From: Alistipes ihumii
GTDB lineage: Bacteria > Bacteroidota > Bacteroidia > Bacteroidales > Bacteroidaceae
Assembly (NCBI GenBank): GCA_963626085.1
Contig: CAVFVJ010000033.1
Span: 32,006 to 96,005 of the forward strand
Reading direction: 5' to 3'
DNA: 64,000 bases
The notes beneath the pieces were generated by a model that worked only from the letters and a program-made list of their open reading frames with translations, was not told the origin of the DNA and searched no databases. The translations under genes were made by a program, and so were the position numbers. Every line of letters starts with the position of its first letter. The stretch's first letter is position 1. Below, one piece after another: positions 28,900 through 39,359 of this stretch.

Positions 28900-31002
28900 A
28901 TGAAAATCTCGTTAACACGCAAAGCCAAAACAAAAAACCGGAAGCAGAAAGATCACGCGCTTAACATCCTGCTGCTGAAGATTGCCATAATCATATTCAC
29001 CACCGCAGTCATCGTGTACTTCCTGCCACGTACCAGCGGATTCAACTACTCATACGAGTTGAACCAGCCATGGCACTATGGCACGATGATTTCAACGCAG
29101 AAGTTCAACATCCAGATGAGCGACTCCACCCTGGAGTTGAAGCGCGACAGTATCGCTCGGTCCTTCATGCCTTACTTCAACCGGAACACAGACACTGAGA
29201 CATCCGTAAGACACCGACTAGATACACTCGAATGCGGGCACCACATGAAACAGCACATCATTGAGATGTTCGACAGCGTCTACCAACATGGAGTAATGAA
29301 AAGTTCTGACTATGACAGTCTAAAGGCTGTAGGCACAACCCACATACGTATCATACAGGATAACCATGCATCTGTAGTCCCAATAGAGCAAATAACAACG
29401 CTGCACGATGCTTACCGTTTCATCGTACATCACGACGAGCAGACATACTCTGCATCTGAGATAAGCAGGCTGGACATCAACACGATCCTCACAGAAAACT
29501 TGCAGTACGAACCGATGAAATCGGGAGAGGAGTTGCAAAGTGAATATGATGCGGTGACATCGAATATGGGTTTCGTTCGGGTAAACGAGAAAATCGTAGA
29601 CAGAGGAGAACTGGTGACAGGGGAAATTTACCAGAAGTTAAAATCGTATGAGGCAGTACTGGAAAAGCAAAAGAACGACAGCGACACCTCTGCAATGCTC
29701 ATATGGGGACAAGTGGCTATCGTGGCATTCATCATATCTATGATGATTGCATACCTGTCAGTCTTCCGCCCAGACTACCTTGAAAACAAACGGAGTGCCA
29801 TACTATTGTTTTCCCTTGTAGCTCTGTTCAGTGTGATGGCATCATTGATGGTTGCAAGGCATATCCTCCATGTGTTTATCCTACCCTGCTGCATGGTGCC
29901 GATTATCATACGTGTGTTCATGGACTCACGCACGGCTCTCACCTTCCATGTCTGTATGGTGCTACTCATATCACTTGCGCTCACCAACCAGTATGAGTTC
30001 ATCATCTTCCAGGTAATTACTGGCTTCATGGTCATACTGAACCTGCGTGAACTGAACCAACGGTCCCAAATAATCCATACAGCAATAATAACGACTCTCA
30101 CCTACTGTGCGATATACACAGCGTATGAGTTTTCGGCTGGTGCGGTAGTCAGTGACCTCGACAGACGCATCTACATCTACTTCTGCATCAACGGACTGCT
30201 TCTGCTCTTCACCTATCCATTGTTCTGGGTCATGGAGAAAGTGTTCGGGTTCATAAGCGACGTGACACTCATAGAATTGTCAAACATCAACAATCCACTT
30301 CTTCAGAAGATGTCAGAAGAAGCCCCCGGTACGTTCCAGCACTCCATGCAAGTGGCGAACTTGGCATCCGAGGTAGCAAAGAAGATCGGCGCAAATCCAC
30401 AACTCGTCAGGACTGGTGCATTGTACCATGACATCGGAAAACTGGAACGTCCAGTCTTCTTTACCGAGAATCAGGCAGGAGGCAACCCACACAAACATCT
30501 TAGCCCTATAAAAAGTGCGGAGGTCATCATCTCACACGTCACCAACGGACTGGCTCTCGCAGAGAAGAACAACCTGCCGGAACAGATTAAAGGGTTTATC
30601 CGCACACACCATGGACTTGGCAAGACTAAGTACTTCCTCATAACCTACAAGAACGAACATCCAGACGAGGAAATAGACGAGAGTCTGTTCCAATACCCTG
30701 GACCCAACCCACAAACAAAGGAACAGGCTATACTCATGATGGCAGATGCCGTTGAAGCCGCATCACGCAGTCTGAAGGAATACACTGAGGAGGCTATCAG
30801 CAACATGGTTGAGACCATCGTGGACGGTCAGGTGAAAGAGGGATTCCTCAAGGATTGCCCGATAACCTTCAAGGACATCACAGATGCCAAAGAGATATTC
30901 AAGGAGAGATTGAAAACTATCTACCACACACGTATCTCATACCCGGAACTGAACAAAAGTACCAGTACGGACAATAAAAAGGCGAGCAATCAGTTACATT
31001 AG
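28900..31002 (+). CDS. 7TM receptor with intracellular HD/HDIG phosphohydrolase domain (PgpH/YqfF-like, candidate cyclic-di-AMP phosphodiesterase)
   Basis: 700 aa: an N-terminal TM helix, an extracellular region, a cluster of about 7 TM helices, then an HD domain with QHSMQVANLA and ALYHDIGK (HDIG) motifs. Start taken at ATG 28900 (MKISLTRKAK...). Confidence 0.88.
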   Translation: MKISLTRKAKTKNRKQKDHALNILLLKIAIIIFTTAVIVYFLPRTSGFNYSYELNQPWHYGTMISTQKFNIQMSDSTLELKRDSIARSFMPYFNRNTDTETSVRHRLDTLECGHHMKQHIIEMFDSVYQHGVMKSSDYDSLKAVGTTHIRIIQDNHASVVPIEQITTLHDAYRFIVHHDEQTYSASEISRLDINTILTENLQYEPMKSGEELQSEYDAVTSNMGFVRVNEKIVDRGELVTGEIYQKLKSYEAVLEKQKNDSDTSAMLIWGQVAIVAFIISMMIAYLSVFRPDYLENKRSAILLFSLVALFSVMASLMVARHILHVFILPCCMVPIIIRVFMDSRTALTFHVCMVLLISLALTNQYEFIIFQVITGFMVILNLRELNQRSQIIHTAIITTLTYCAIYTAYEFSAGAVVSDLDRRIYIYFCINGLLLLFTYPLFWVMEKVFGFISDVTLIELSNINNPLLQKMSEEAPGTFQHSMQVANLASEVAKKIGANPQLVRTGALYHDIGKLERPVFFTENQAGGNPHKHLSPIKSAEVIISHVTNGLALAEKNNLPEQIKGFIRTHHGLGKTKYFLITYKNEHPDEEIDESLFQYPGPNPQTKEQAILMMADAVEAASRSLKEYTEEAISNMVETIVDGQVKEGFLKDCPITFKDITDAKEIFKERLKTIYHTRISYPELNKSTSTDNKKASNQLH

Positions 31003-31005
31003 TTA

Positions 31006-31947
31006 ATGAAAAGGCTAATTCCCATAATCCTCACAGTTCTTGGACTGACCAGCCAGCCTGTCCAAGCTCAGTGGGATGTGCAGTACTCTGACTTCACCAC
31101 ACTGAAGTCGTTCTACAACCCCGCTGTAGCCGGTACAGAAGGATTGCTGGACGTGTCCTTCGCCTACTCGCTACAGATGGCAGGATACGACAACGCTCCA
31201 CGCACCATGTACGCTGGAGCCAGTATGCCAGTCTATTTTCTTAGTCCACGCCATGGTGCCGGCATCAGTATGCTGAGCGATGAGCTGGGTATCTTCAAAA
31301 CCACACAGATAGCACTGCAGTACGCCTACAACGTGAAGATAGGACAAAAGGGGAGACTGGCAATAGGTGTGCAGGGGGCGATGATGAGCGAGACCATCGA
31401 TCCAGGTGACATGATACTGGAGGACGCAAGCGACCCAGCCTTCCCTACATCTTCAACAGACGGAAAGACACTTGACCTGGGAGCCGGGCTGTATTACTAC
31501 AGTCCCAGGCTGTGGGTAGGACTGTCTGCACAGCACCTAATGTCACCCACCGTAAATATAGGAGAAAAGTACCAGCTCGACATCTCACGAGTGTTTTATT
31601 TCATGGCAGGAGGCAATATTAAAATAAAAAACACGTTATTATCTCTACAGCCAGCCTTGATGGTTCAATCTGATTTCCAGTCATGGAGAGAGGACATTCA
31701 ATGCAAATGCACGTATGAATTCGAGTCAAGGCAGTTCTATGCTGGCATCGGTTACAGTCCGGACATCTCCGCCACAGTAATGATTGGAGGTTATTTCCAT
31801 GGGATACAGTTGGGCTACTCATACCAGATGTATACCCAGGGTGTCGGACTGCAAAACGGGGCGCACGAAATAGTGCTGAGGTACAAGACAAACCTCGACT
31901 TGTTCAAGAAAGGAAAGAACCTACACAAGAGTGTCAGGTTCCTATAA
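31006..31947 (+). CDS. porP: type IX secretion system membrane protein PorP/SprF
   Basis: Signal peptide, then QWDVQYSDFTTLKSFYNPAVAG, the characteristic PorP/SprF N-terminal motif. Sits directly upstream of porKLMN as in Porphyromonas. Confidence 0.88.
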   Translation: MKRLIPIILTVLGLTSQPVQAQWDVQYSDFTTLKSFYNPAVAGTEGLLDVSFAYSLQMAGYDNAPRTMYAGASMPVYFLSPRHGAGISMLSDELGIFKTTQIALQYAYNVKIGQKGRLAIGVQGAMMSETIDPGDMILEDASDPAFPTSSTDGKTLDLGAGLYYYSPRLWVGLSAQHLMSPTVNIGEKYQLDISRVFYFMAGGNIKIKNTLLSLQPALMVQSDFQSWREDIQCKCTYEFESRQFYAGIGYSPDISATVMIGGYFHGIQLGYSYQMYTQGVGLQNGAHEIVLRYKTNLDLFKKGKNLHKSVRFL

Positions 31948-31994
31948 GCAATACAAAAGGACACTAAGACATAAAATCGAGAGTAAGAGGATAT

Positions 31995-33425
31995 ATGAAA
32001 AAAGGATTTATAGCAGTAGGCATTCTGGTTCTATCATCCGTAGTCATATCATGCATGAGCAGCAGGAGCGGTAACACTGATGCCATGGGCGGAGAAGTGA
32101 CAGGAGTTGGAGGGACCTCTATCCAAGAGCCTGCACCATACGGGATGGTACTCATCAAACGCGGTTCACTAAAGATGGGTACAGACAAGGTAGACAGCCT
32201 ATGGGGTAAGAAAATGCCAGAAAGGGAAATCTCCGTAGATGCGTTTTGGATGGACGAGACAGAAGTGACCAATTCGAAATACCGACAGTTCGTGCAGTGG
32301 GTACGCGATTCCATCATTCGTGAGCGGCTCGCTGATGCTGGCTACGATGAATACAGGATTGAGGAAGACAAAAACGGAGACCCTGTAACACCACACTTGA
32401 ACTGGGCAAAGCCATTGCCATGGAGGAATCCCGATGAGCAGGAGACAGAAATCCTGAATAGTGTCTACACGCACCATCCCTTCGATGGTTCGAAGATGTT
32501 GGATGCCAGCCAGATGAATTACCGCTATGAGACCTTCGACTATGCAATGGCGGCAAAACGCAAATACCGTCTTAATTCGGAGGAGAGGAACCTCAACACA
32601 GACGTGAAGACAGATCCCGATGAGGTTGTGATGATATCCAAAGATACCGCCTATATCGATGATGAGGGACGGATTCACCGTGAATCTATAACACGTCCCC
32701 TCTCCAGTATGTGGGACTTCGTGAACACCTACATAGTAAACGTTTATCCTGACACGACTTGTTGGATAAACGACTTCCAAAACGCAGAGAACGAGATATA
32801 CATGCGTCTCTATTTCTGCCACCCCAACTACAACGAGTATCCTGTGGTGGGAGTCACCTGGGAACAGGCGAACGCCTATTGCAACTGGAGGACTGACTAC
32901 CTCATCCGAGGACTCGGTGCCAATGCCAAGTTCATCCAGAGATACAGACTTCCGACCGAAGCGGAATGGGAGTATGCGGCACGTGGAAAGGACGGAAACG
33001 AGTTGCCGTGGGAAAACGAGGATGTAAAAAGTGACAAGGGGTGCTACTACGCCAACTTCAAGCCCGACCGTGGCAACTACACCAAGGACGGGAACTTGAT
33101 AACATCTAAGGTGGGGATATACTCCGCCAACTCCAACGGACTTTATGACATGGCGGGAAATGCAGCGGAATGGACTTCCACTGTATATACCGAAGCCGGT
33201 ATTCTGTCAATGAGCGACATGAACCCGACACTCACCTACAACGCAGCCATAGAAGACCCATACGCACTGAAGAGAAAGTCTGTCCGCGGAGGTTCATGGA
33301 AAGACCCAGAGAGCTTCATCAAGTCAGCTTGGCGTACATCCGAATATCAGAATGTCGGCAGGTCATTCATTGGATTCAGGTGTGTGAGAACACAAGTGGG
33401 CACTGCTACCAAACAGAAGAGATAA
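31995..33425 (+). CDS. porK: T9SS ring lipoprotein PorK/GldK (FGE-sulfatase/SUMF1-like fold)
   Basis: Lipobox LSSVVISC. FGE-sulfatase-like motifs (TEVTNSKYRQF, PVVGVTWEQANAYCNW, RLPTEAEWEYAARG, GGSW...RCVR). Confidence 0.9.
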   Translation: MKKGFIAVGILVLSSVVISCMSSRSGNTDAMGGEVTGVGGTSIQEPAPYGMVLIKRGSLKMGTDKVDSLWGKKMPEREISVDAFWMDETEVTNSKYRQFVQWVRDSIIRERLADAGYDEYRIEEDKNGDPVTPHLNWAKPLPWRNPDEQETEILNSVYTHHPFDGSKMLDASQMNYRYETFDYAMAAKRKYRLNSEERNLNTDVKTDPDEVVMISKDTAYIDDEGRIHRESITRPLSSMWDFVNTYIVNVYPDTTCWINDFQNAENEIYMRLYFCHPNYNEYPVVGVTWEQANAYCNWRTDYLIRGLGANAKFIQRYRLPTEAEWEYAARGKDGNELPWENEDVKSDKGCYYANFKPDRGNYTKDGNLITSKVGIYSANSNGLYDMAGNAAEWTSTVYTEAGILSMSDMNPTLTYNAAIEDPYALKRKSVRGGSWKDPESFIKSAWRTSEYQNVGRSFIGFRCVRTQVGTATKQKR

Positions 33426-33471
33426 ATCAACCGAGCACTATACAAAAACCATACATAAACGTTACTGAAGA

Positions 33472-34203
33472 ATGGCTAAGAAGAAAAAGAATATAATATC
33501 CAGAATGCAAATCTGGATGGACAGCAGACCGGGACAGATGTTCCTGAACTACGCATACAGCTGGGGTGCGTCAATCGTCATCCTGGGCGCACTGTTCAAA
33601 TTGACACATATAACAGGAGCAGACTTGATGCTGTTCCTTGGCATGGGAACGGAGGTCATCGTCTTCTTTCTCGCTGGATTTGAACGACCATACGATGAAG
33701 ACAAGAGAGACAAGGCGGAAGAGAACACAAAGCCATGTGAGGCTGATGACACCGCAATCGCAAACAACGGAACGGTTATCATCAACGGAACGGTCTCAAC
33801 AGAAGGCACTGTAGACCCAGCGCAACTGGCAGGTGCGATAGCTGCCTCTCCTGTCATGTCTACACAGTTTACAGGAATGACACCAGAAATGCAGGAAGCT
33901 ACACAAACATACGTTGACCAACTGAGAGAACTCACAGAAACACTCAAGAAAGTGGCAGAACAGTCTGCGCGACTCACACGCGACTCAGAGGAGATGGAGA
34001 ACATGAACCGCACACTCACTGGCATCAACCGCTTCTACGAAATGCAACTGCGTAGTGTCGGGACACAAAGTGCCACGATAGACAACGTGAACGAGCAGAC
34101 TACCAAACTCGCGACCCAACTGGAGGAACTGAACAGGCTTTATGCAAGAATGGTAGAGGCACTTAAGGTGAATATGACAGGACCCATAACAAAGAGTGAA
34201 TAA
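33472..34203 (+). CDS. porL: T9SS motor protein PorL/GldL
   Basis: Two N-terminal TM helices (YSWGASIVILGALFKLTHI, then LFLGMGTEVIVFFLAGFE with the conserved Glu) and a C-terminal coiled coil. Operon position. Confidence 0.88.
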   Translation: MAKKKKNIISRMQIWMDSRPGQMFLNYAYSWGASIVILGALFKLTHITGADLMLFLGMGTEVIVFFLAGFERPYDEDKRDKAEENTKPCEADDTAIANNGTVIINGTVSTEGTVDPAQLAGAIAASPVMSTQFTGMTPEMQEATQTYVDQLRELTETLKKVAEQSARLTRDSEEMENMNRTLTGINRFYEMQLRSVGTQSATIDNVNEQTTKLATQLEELNRLYARMVEALKVNMTGPITKSE

Positions 34204-34211
34204 TAACAGAC

Positions 34212-35780
34212 ATGGCAGTAAGAAAAAGGAAACTATCTCCACGTCAGAAAATGATCAATTTGATGTACGTCGTACTGATGGCAATGCTTGCGTTGAATAT
34301 CAGTTCGGACGTGCTCAACGGGTTCTCGCTCGTCGACGAAGGACTCAACCGTACCAAGCAAAACGCCACGTCACAGAACGAGACTCTCTACAAGGCACTG
34401 GACGAGGCGATGAAGACCAACCCAGAGAAGACGCGCGAGTGGCATGAGAAAGCCCAGCTGTTACACTCTAAGTCGGACTCCTTATATCAGTTGGCGGAAA
34501 GTCTGAAATGGGACATCGTACATGATGCAGACGGAGATGATGGAGATATCCACAACATCAAAAATAAAGACAACCTGGAGGCTGCCACACATGTAATGCT
34601 CGCTCCTGGAATCGGCAAGGGCAAGAAACTGTATTTGACCATCAAATCATACAGGGATTACATCACTGAAATGATTAACGACCCGGGAATGAAAAAGATT
34701 GTCGCTGACAACCTGTCGACTGATGTACCGACAAAAGGGAAACTACTTGGGAAGAACTGGCAGGAATACATGTTTGAGAACACGCCTGCCATCGCTTCAG
34801 TCACACTTCTGTCTAAGTTGCAGAGTGACGTAAGAAGTGCGGAAGGAGTGGTTCTGCATCAGTTGGTATCAAACATCGACATCAAAGATGTAAGGGTGAA
34901 CGAAATCAACGCCTACGTGATTCCCACATCACAGACAGTAGTCCGTGGTGGCAAGTTCTCCGCGCAGATTATTATGGCGGCTGTCGACACCACTGCACGC
35001 CCAGACATCTACATAGACAACACTCTGCTCAAATCGCATAACGGGCACTACGAGACCATCTGCAACTCAACAGGCGAGTTCACCCTCAAAGGGTATCTCA
35101 TGATGCGCAACGGCAACGGAGAGACGATACGTAGGGAATTCGCCCAACCGTACACTGTGGTGGAGCCGACTGCCACCGTGTCCGCAACTATGATGAACAT
35201 GCTTTATGCTGGCTACCAGAACCCTATCAGTGTCAGTGTACCTGGGATTCCAGCAAACAAGATAAACGCCACGATGACAGGCGGAACACTCACCAAGAAG
35301 GGTGACGGACAGTACATAGCTGTTCCATCCAAGGTAGGGGCAGACGCTGTCATCACAGTCACTGCGGAGAACGAAGGCAGACAACAGGAGATGGGCAAGT
35401 TCACCTTCCATGTGAGGAAACTGCCTGACCCGACAGCTTACATCAGCTACACAGACAAGGAAGGAACTGCCAGCAGATACAAAGGCGGAGTGCCGATAAG
35501 TGTCGCTGCCCTACTGAAAGCAGAAGGCATCAATGCAGCGATTGACGACGGACTGCTCGACATCGAGTTCAAGGTAACATCGTTCGAGGCAACATTCTTC
35601 GACGGAATGGGCAATGCCATACCTGAAGTGGCAAAATCAGCTGGTTTCACAGACCGTCAACGTGAGATGTTCCGCAAACTCAAGCGCGGCCGTAGGTTCT
35701 ATATATCCCGCGTACACGCTGTGGGACCTGACGGCATAGAGCGTGTGTTGCCAACGGCAATGGAAGTGATAGTAAATTGA
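34212..35780 (+). CDS. porM: T9SS motor/periplasmic shaft protein PorM/GldM
   Basis: KLSPRQKMINLMYVVLMAMLALNIS is the conserved GldM N-terminal TM motif. 522 aa. Operon position. Confidence 0.92.
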   Translation: MAVRKRKLSPRQKMINLMYVVLMAMLALNISSDVLNGFSLVDEGLNRTKQNATSQNETLYKALDEAMKTNPEKTREWHEKAQLLHSKSDSLYQLAESLKWDIVHDADGDDGDIHNIKNKDNLEAATHVMLAPGIGKGKKLYLTIKSYRDYITEMINDPGMKKIVADNLSTDVPTKGKLLGKNWQEYMFENTPAIASVTLLSKLQSDVRSAEGVVLHQLVSNIDIKDVRVNEINAYVIPTSQTVVRGGKFSAQIIMAAVDTTARPDIYIDNTLLKSHNGHYETICNSTGEFTLKGYLMMRNGNGETIRREFAQPYTVVEPTATVSATMMNMLYAGYQNPISVSVPGIPANKINATMTGGTLTKKGDGQYIAVPSKVGADAVITVTAENEGRQQEMGKFTFHVRKLPDPTAYISYTDKEGTASRYKGGVPISVAALLKAEGINAAIDDGLLDIEFKVTSFEATFFDGMGNAIPEVAKSAGFTDRQREMFRKLKRGRRFYISRVHAVGPDGIERVLPTAMEVIVN

Positions 35781-35816
35781 CATGAACATTCGTTGATCAT
35801 AAATACAAGAACAGAT

Positions 35817-36887
35817 ATGAAGAGAACGATAATAATAGCATTGTCAGGTTTGGCATTCGTCCTTACCGCAAGTGCGCAACCAGCCAAAAGCCGTGTAGCG
35901 GCAAACAAAGCGAAGTCTGAAGCCAAGACATCGGTACAGGCTACAAGCAGGGCAAGTCTGATGTTTCCAACATCGGTGAACATGCCTGAAGATGTAGTAT
36001 GGCGGCGCGACCTGTACAGGGAACTGAACCTGAGACAGGATGAGAATGCTCCGTTGTATTACCCTATCGAACCGGTTGACGGACGCGTCAACCTGTTCAC
36101 GTTGCTTTTCCAACTGCTTAATGAAGGCAAGATTCCTGCATACGTGTATGACATAAACGGCACTGAGAATTTCACTAAGGAAAACCGTATGCACTTCAAG
36201 GACATGCTCGACCGTTATGAGATTCCCTACGAGATAGAAGGAAACAGCATCAAAGTGGACCAAAGCAGAGTTCCGTCCGAGGAGGTGTTGAGCTACTTCG
36301 TCAAGGAAAGTAGTTACTTCGACCAAAATACAGCTACTTACCACAGCCGTGTCGTTGCCATCTGTCCGGTACTCCATAGAAATGCCGACATCTTCACCAT
36401 GGATGATGAGGGAGGTAGCACCAAATACCCTTTGTTTTGGGTCAAGATAGACGATATAGAGTCATATCTGAGCCAACACATGGTCATGACCAGCAATATC
36501 AACAACGCGGCTACCATGTCGATGGCAGACTTCTTCGCCACCAATCAGTATAAGGGCAAGATATACATGACAACCAACATGCAGGGGAAATCGCTCGCAC
36601 AGACTGCTGCCAGTGACTCCGCACTGGTCAAGGAACAGAAACTCATCGAGAAACAGATGAAGGACTTTGAGAAGAATATATGGTCCACTCCTATCGACTC
36701 AGCAGAACTGGCAAGGCGCGATTCCATTACAGCGGCTGAAGCAAACGCAAAGAAGGTGAAGAAAACGACGACAAGAACTTCCCGCACAACAGCCAGAAAC
36801 ACAAGCAAAGCGGAAAAGAGTACCAAAAGCAGTTCCTCTTCCGGAAGTAGCGCACCAAGAGTATCTGTGCGTCGGCAGAGACATTGA
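35817..36887 (+). CDS. porN: T9SS periplasmic ring protein PorN/GldN
   Basis: Signal peptide MKRTIIIALSGLAFVLTASAQ from the ATG at 35817 (the tracked ORF begins at an upstream TTG). Last gene of the porKLMN block, with a basic/Ser-rich tail. Confidence 0.85.
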   Translation: MKRTIIIALSGLAFVLTASAQPAKSRVAANKAKSEAKTSVQATSRASLMFPTSVNMPEDVVWRRDLYRELNLRQDENAPLYYPIEPVDGRVNLFTLLFQLLNEGKIPAYVYDINGTENFTKENRMHFKDMLDRYEIPYEIEGNSIKVDQSRVPSEEVLSYFVKESSYFDQNTATYHSRVVAICPVLHRNADIFTMDDEGGSTKYPLFWVKIDDIESYLSQHMVMTSNINNAATMSMADFFATNQYKGKIYMTTNMQGKSLAQTAASDSALVKEQKLIEKQMKDFEKNIWSTPIDSAELARRDSITAAEANAKKVKKTTTRTSRTTARNTSKAEKSTKSSSSSGSSAPRVSVRRQRH

Positions 36888-36936
36888 GTCGGGTTAAAGT
36901 GTCGTAGAGATAATAATAAAACATAAAAAGCATTCT

Positions 36937-36974
36937 TTTGCCACCTTATTATATATGTGGCAAAAATCTTTTTT
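36937..36974 (+). terminator. rho-independent terminator after porN
   Basis: TTTGCCAC (36937-36944) pairs with GTGGCAAA (36957-36964), followed by AATCTTTTTT. Confidence 0.65.
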
Positions 36975-36976
36975 GA

Positions 36977-36984
36977 TACATTTG
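36977..36984 (+). promoter_or_regulatory. -7 box (TACATTTG) for topA
   Basis: Exact TAnnTTTG match 33 nt upstream of the topA ATG. Confidence 0.5.
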
Positions 36985-37016
36985 CAGCCCGAAAACTATA
37001 ACAATAGAAAACGAAG

Positions 37017-39359
37017 ATGCAGAAGAACCTTGTGATTGTAGAGTCTCCAGCAAAGGCTAAGACTCTCGAGAAGTTCCTTGGTAACGACTATAAGGTGATG
37101 TCGAGCTACGGTCATATACGTGATTTGAAGAAGAAAGGATTTGGGATAGATCTCGACAGTTTGGAGCCAGAGTATGAGATTCCTGACGAAAAGCAGGAAC
37201 TGGTCAAGTCATTGAAGAAGAATGCAGAGGATGCCGGTACAGTATGGCTCGCATCCGATGAAGACCGTGAGGGGGAAGCTATATCATGGCATTTGGCACA
37301 AGTACTTGGACTGGACGTGGACAAGACCAAACGTATCGTGTTCCATGAGATAACGAAGAATGCCATACTCGATGCTATCAAACATCCACGTACCATTGAT
37401 GTAAACCTCGTAAATGCGCAACAGGCACGACGTGTGCTCGACCGTATAGTAGGTTTCAAACTCTCACCTGTACTCTGGAGAAAACTTAAACCAGCACTGT
37501 CAGCAGGGCGTGTACAATCGGTGTCCGTCAGACTGATAGTAGAACGTGAGCGTGAAATTGAGCAATTCAAGCCAGAGTCGTCATATAAGGTGGATGCAAT
37601 CTTCACACTGGAGACAAGCGACGGGCAGACGACAGACCTGCACGCCAGTCTGAACACCCGGTTCAGCACCGAGAAGGAGGCACGAGCATTCCTCGAATCG
37701 TTCAAGGGGAAGTCCTTCACCATCTCAGAAATCACAAAGAAACCGATGAAGAGGACTCCAGCCCCACCGTTCACCACCTCCACCCTACAGCAGGAGGCTG
37801 CACGCAAGTTGGGATTCACTGTATCACAGACCATGATGGTGGCACAACGTCTCTATGAGTCGGGACTCATCACATACATGCGTACTGACTCTGTAAACCT
37901 CTCAACCCTATGCCTCGGGACAAGCAAGGATGAGATTGTCAAGCAGTGGGGCGAGAACTACAGTAAGACACGCAACTATCACACAAATTCGAAAGGCGCG
38001 CAGGAAGCACATGAGGCTATACGCCCTACCTATGTGTCAAATCACGAGATATCAGGCACCACGCAGGAGCGTCGCCTATACGAACTGATATGGAAACGGA
38101 CGCTGGCATCTCAGATGGCTGATGCCGAGATTGAGCGCACCGTCATCAAGATAAGCATCGACGGCATGGAACAGGAGTTCGTGGCTACAGGCAGTGTAGT
38201 CACATTCGATGGATTCTTGAAACTCTACCGTGAGTCGGTTGAAGATGAGTCGACAGAAGACGAGGAGACACGGTTGCCTTCTGATATCAAGGAGGGAATG
38301 CCGTTGAAGGCATCGGAGGTACACGCCACTGAACGCTATACACAAGCACCACCGCGATACACTGAGGCTAGTCTGGTGCGCAAGTTGGAAGAACTGGGTA
38401 TAGGCAGACCTTCCACTTACGCTCCTACCATATCCACCATACAGAACAGAGAGTATGTAGTCAAGGATAACAAAGTAGGAGAAAAACGGACATATAAGGT
38501 ACTTACTCTGACGGACGGCACGGTAACTGAAACGGATAAGACAGAGATGGTGGGACAGGAGAAGTCAAAGTTGATGCCTACTGATATAGGAATCGTCGTC
38601 AATGACTTCCTAATGCAGTACTTCCCTGGCATCATGGACTATAACTTCACCGCCAACGTAGAGAAGGAATTCGACGAGATTGCAGAGGGCAAAGCGGACT
38701 GGAAGAAGATGATACGTGACTTCGACAAGGACTTCGAGCCAATGGTGGACAAGACTATGCACGACAAGACGGAGCACAAGACAGGTGAACGTATCTTAGG
38801 TACTGACCCTGCCACGGGCAAGACCGTGTCAGTAAAGATAGGGCGGTTCGGTCCAGTGGCACAGATAGGAAGTGTGACGGACTCCGACAAGCCTCGTTTC
38901 GCACAACTGAAGAAAGGACAGAGCATACAGACCATCACTTTCGAAGAGGCGATGGATTTGTTCAAACTACCACGCGTATTGGGTGAGTTCGAAGGCACAA
39001 CAGTCACCATCGGTGCAGGTCGTTATGGCCCTTATGTTCTCCACAACAAAAAGTACGTTGCCCTCCCTGCCAGTCATGACCCAACCACCATCACCCTCAA
39101 CGAGGCGATACTGGTCATCAAGGCCAACCGCGTGGCGGAAGACCAAAAACACATGAAACGGTTCGAGGAAGAGCCTGAACTGGAAGTGCGCAGTGGACGT
39201 TATGGTCCTTACCTCTTTTATAAAGGACAGAACTACAAGTTGCCAAAGAGCGTAGACCGCCCGATGGACTTGACAGCAGAGCGGTGTCTGGAGATCATCA
39301 AGACACAAGAAGCCAAGCATGCTGCGGCAAAGGAACGGAAGAAGAAGGCAGAGGAGTGA
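37017..39359 (+). CDS. topA: DNA topoisomerase I
   Basis: 780 aa. Toprim N-terminus MQKNLVIVESPAKAKT, DEDREGE, and the active-site region ITYMRTDS. Confidence 0.96.
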   Translation: MQKNLVIVESPAKAKTLEKFLGNDYKVMSSYGHIRDLKKKGFGIDLDSLEPEYEIPDEKQELVKSLKKNAEDAGTVWLASDEDREGEAISWHLAQVLGLDVDKTKRIVFHEITKNAILDAIKHPRTIDVNLVNAQQARRVLDRIVGFKLSPVLWRKLKPALSAGRVQSVSVRLIVEREREIEQFKPESSYKVDAIFTLETSDGQTTDLHASLNTRFSTEKEARAFLESFKGKSFTISEITKKPMKRTPAPPFTTSTLQQEAARKLGFTVSQTMMVAQRLYESGLITYMRTDSVNLSTLCLGTSKDEIVKQWGENYSKTRNYHTNSKGAQEAHEAIRPTYVSNHEISGTTQERRLYELIWKRTLASQMADAEIERTVIKISIDGMEQEFVATGSVVTFDGFLKLYRESVEDESTEDEETRLPSDIKEGMPLKASEVHATERYTQAPPRYTEASLVRKLEELGIGRPSTYAPTISTIQNREYVVKDNKVGEKRTYKVLTLTDGTVTETDKTEMVGQEKSKLMPTDIGIVVNDFLMQYFPGIMDYNFTANVEKEFDEIAEGKADWKKMIRDFDKDFEPMVDKTMHDKTEHKTGERILGTDPATGKTVSVKIGRFGPVAQIGSVTDSDKPRFAQLKKGQSIQTITFEEAMDLFKLPRVLGEFEGTTVTIGAGRYGPYVLHNKKYVALPASHDPTTITLNEAILVIKANRVAEDQKHMKRFEEEPELEVRSGRYGPYLFYKGQNYKLPKSVDRPMDLTAERCLEIIKTQEAKHAAAKERKKKAEE

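Noticed and set aside
28571-28903. 110-aa ORF with repeated LQLFAN peptides
   Set aside because: The peptide repeats only mirror the 33-bp DNA repeats. There is no promoter box in front, the ORF runs into the real start of the HD gene, and a regulatory-DNA interpretation is more economical.
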